A stretch of DNA of 63,280 nucleotides, filler included, from Cercozoa sp. M6MM (taxonomy: Eukaryota; Protista; Endomyxa: Ascetosporea): the NCBI GenBank assembly GCA_040357565.1. It is 9 parts of 9 records of this genome, joined end to end, with 100 filler letters (N's around TTAATTAATTAA, not from the genome) between each part and the next. Parts side by side here need not be neighbours in the genome. Positions count along the whole stretch, not along the records: positions 59,722 to 63,280 come from JBDODJ010001402.1; 8 more parts are not named here. One strand, written 5' to 3'. Of the stretch, positions 60,770 through 63,280 are shown in pieces (positions within the stretch are counted from its first letter, which is position 1; each line of letters opens with the position of its first letter). The notes under the pieces were generated by a model. It saw only the letters and a list, made by a program, of their open reading frames with translations, searched no databases and had not been told where the DNA came from. The position numbers and the translations under genes were made by a program.

Positions 60770-62351
60770 TCACAAGCCCAAGCGACGCAACGCAGCAAGG
60801 CGTTTTTGGCGGAGCTCTTTTGGGTCAGGCAGGCGCGGGCGTGGTTCCTTGAATGGCCGTGAAGCGCTTTGGTCTTTGGGGACAGAAACCGAGCTGCCGC
60901 TGTCGGCACTTGATTTCGATGCCTTCTTTGGTCTGTGGAACCAGGGTTATACACATATTACAGCATCGAAAACAACATCAGCCGGTGTCACCTTACAAAC
61001 TGGTCAAGAGTTGTGTTGGACTTGATTGGCTTGCTGTCATTCTTTCTGGCTTTGGCGGCAGTTTTCTTGGAGGGTGAAGAAATTTTGTGGAATGTGCCGC
61101 CGCACTCGCGCTGGTGGCGACTGAACCATCTGGAAACCCACCAAATTAGCTACTTCATTTCCTTTGCCTCCACATACATAACACAGATACAGCAGAAACT
61201 ACGAGTCAGCCGGTTGAGGTGGACGATTCATGACGCGCTTGACGAGCCCAAAATACGGCGCGCGAGTGCGGCACGAACCATCACAACGCCAAATGTGCTG
61301 GCGTAGATGGTCCACCTAAGAGCACACACAAACACATATCAGTTGTTTCGACGCGTGAATGTTTGATTCTCGTACTCATAGCGCACCTCATCGTGAAACG
61401 AATGGTACACAGTAATGTTCGTGTCACACCTACTTAAACCCAGTCATAAAAATACAAGTTCTTATACACGTCATACGCCTCGTTGATGCGACGCATGAGC
61501 TGCAAAAACGGTTCGCCGTGTCCGTCGCGTCCCGCGGCAATACGCCGTATGAACAGTACGGCATGAATGCATCTGTTGTTTTTGCACAGACACATGAAAG
61601 CAGCACTAACGCATTCGAAAACGCGAGCACAAGCTTGTACTCATGAAGCAGGGTGTCAAGCGCATCAGCGTTGGTTCCTGTGAACTCAAACCACACGTAA
61701 ATAAACACAACGCGCGCACGCACTCAGAACATACAACATAGACAGAGACACATCAGCATGTATATCACAGCTTGTAGACAAAGTACGGTACTGTAGCAAC
61801 TTTTCCGACAAGCGAATCTCGCAGCGGCGCGACGATCCTGTCATGCATACCCCGTGGCGTAAACAAACGTAAATTTTATGTTCGTACCGTTTTTGTACTG
61901 ATAGCACATGCCGGCACATAAAGTCATTCGTTTGGACCATCTGTGGCATAGCAAGTCACTCAAACGAACAAGACCAAGTATCTGCCATACGCAACAGTGC
62001 ACGCGTGCCGGGTTAACAATCCGTCAAACAACAACTCGTCGAATTGAACGAACAGATCCGAACTGCGCACAAATGGAAAGAGTGCAGCCTACGAAACTCG
62101 GTGACAAGAAAACACTGTCACAAGTTTGGTGGCTCTGGCTGTGCCCGTACGACGTTACAAAGTGCTCTGGCTGCACGCAGCTGCCGGTTTTGTTTCACGT
62201 TCGTTGCGGAGCGTTCACGCTGCCTGACAGCGCTAGCTTTCATGACACGACGACGTTTTCGAGGGTGATTCGCATCTTCTTCCTTGTGGACATTCTCATC
62301 GCAAGCCGAGAAAATGGTCAAGTCGATGACATCCTCATCGCTGATGCTCAT
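60770..62351 (-). CDS. SPRTN: SprT-like DNA-protein crosslink protease Spartan
   Basis: DLFVQFDELLF..WSKRMTLCAGMCY..CEIRLSEKLLQYR..DTLLHE|CIHA (HExxH)..DGHGEPFLQLMRRIN..HIWRCDGSCRTRAPYFGLVKRVMNRPP..HQRECGGTFHKI. Confidence 0.95.
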
Positions 62352-62549
62352 CTTAAGGTGAGAGCTTAGTGCCTACTTCAGAACGCGTGCTGTGCTGTAT
62401 AATTCGGTTTTGGACCACCTCTGTTCGAGGACCAGCAGTAATTTTGGCACCAGTTGAGTTTGCATTCGGTTTTTTTAATTCCCTCAACACCTACTAGCAA
62501 AATTTACAAACCGAATAATCAAATAACCTGAAACATCAAGAACATCACT

Positions 62550-63180
62550 GTTCACGCTATTGAATACCTGACACCGAAACTGATGATGACATAGTTTACT
62601 CCTAATTGAACTGGACAACTTGAACAGAATTCGCTTGCTTGAAACCTGGTCCGCCTCCGTCCAGCCGTACTGTAAGTACCGCCCGTGGACAACGCGGCCT
62701 TAATTAATGGAGCGCCGAGACGCCCTTGAGAGAGAGAATATTCAAGTTTCATAAGAGACTATCTTTTGCGAGTGTAACAAGACGAAAACCTTCACTGGCC
62801 CTCTCCTACAGGCTCTACGTCTTGTCTCTTGTGATAAACAAAGAGTACGTTGCTCACTACAATTCCCGATTCCTTGCAAGTTGAGACCTGCCCCTGGCTC
62901 AACTCTTGCAGTACTTGCAAAAACGTTGCGCCGAGCGCCCCCTGCCTAGTTAATTAAAATGTATCATTGCCCTTAAACTGTATTAAACCCTCGTTTAGAC
63001 ATCATCATTCACTCGCTTCTTTCGGCTTTGGATGCAGAGCCGGAGCTCACAGAGCGCGCCGGCTCCGTACTGTACTTGTCGCCGACCTGTCGGGTTGGTG
63101 TGTTGGAGCGCAGGCTTGTTAGATATCATTTATAGCCTGACCAATGCGTCGACAAGGGAAAAAAGAGGTGCGTGTCTTTG
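62550..63180 (-). CDS. Possible 3' fragment of an unidentified multi-exon gene
   Basis: Short open segments between GT-AG-like introns; no motif. Confidence 0.2.
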
Positions 63181-63232
63181 CAATTTCCCCACTGCGCATT
63201 ATTTTTGTGGCATTCGTGTGCGTGGGGTGGGG

Positions 63233-63280
<48 letters not shown>

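Overview
This is eukaryotic (protist-like) nuclear DNA, not a prokaryotic locus. The window is an artificial concatenation of 9 contigs joined by ~100-nt N..TTAATTAATTAA..N spacers, so adjacency across spacers is meaningless. The genome is compact, with dense, mostly 45-70 nt GT-AG introns, so the six-frame ORF track is largely misleading and genes were rebuilt by manual splicing. Recognisable genes: mitochondrial EF-Tu, a CBS-domain protein, neutral ceramidase, SMCR8, RPL39, PTRHD1, RWDD4, a voltage-sensor-fused class III cyclase, a GT92-like glycosyltransferase, a ZFP36-like CCCH protein, CEP89-like, VPS51, Unkempt-like, an M16/UQCRC2-like protein, a 2OG-Fe(II) oxygenase, ArfGAP-PH, a MOSC protein, SPRTN and a non-LTR RT fragment. 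Family calls come from recalled motifs, not database searches. The most notable oddities are: (1) an intron-rich protein with tandem bacterial-type sugar-binding domains; (2) an ion-channel-like/pseudo-cyclase fusion lacking the catalytic residues; (3) an RWDD4 junction that appears to need a GA-AG intron or UGA recoding; (4) a VPS51 exon on the opposite strand; (5) a zinc-finger array broken by two precise 1-nt deficits; (6) an intron-restricted TTTACCCC/GGGGTAAA satellite family; (7) long hairpin-containing introns. No single complete novel system could be established from sequence alone.
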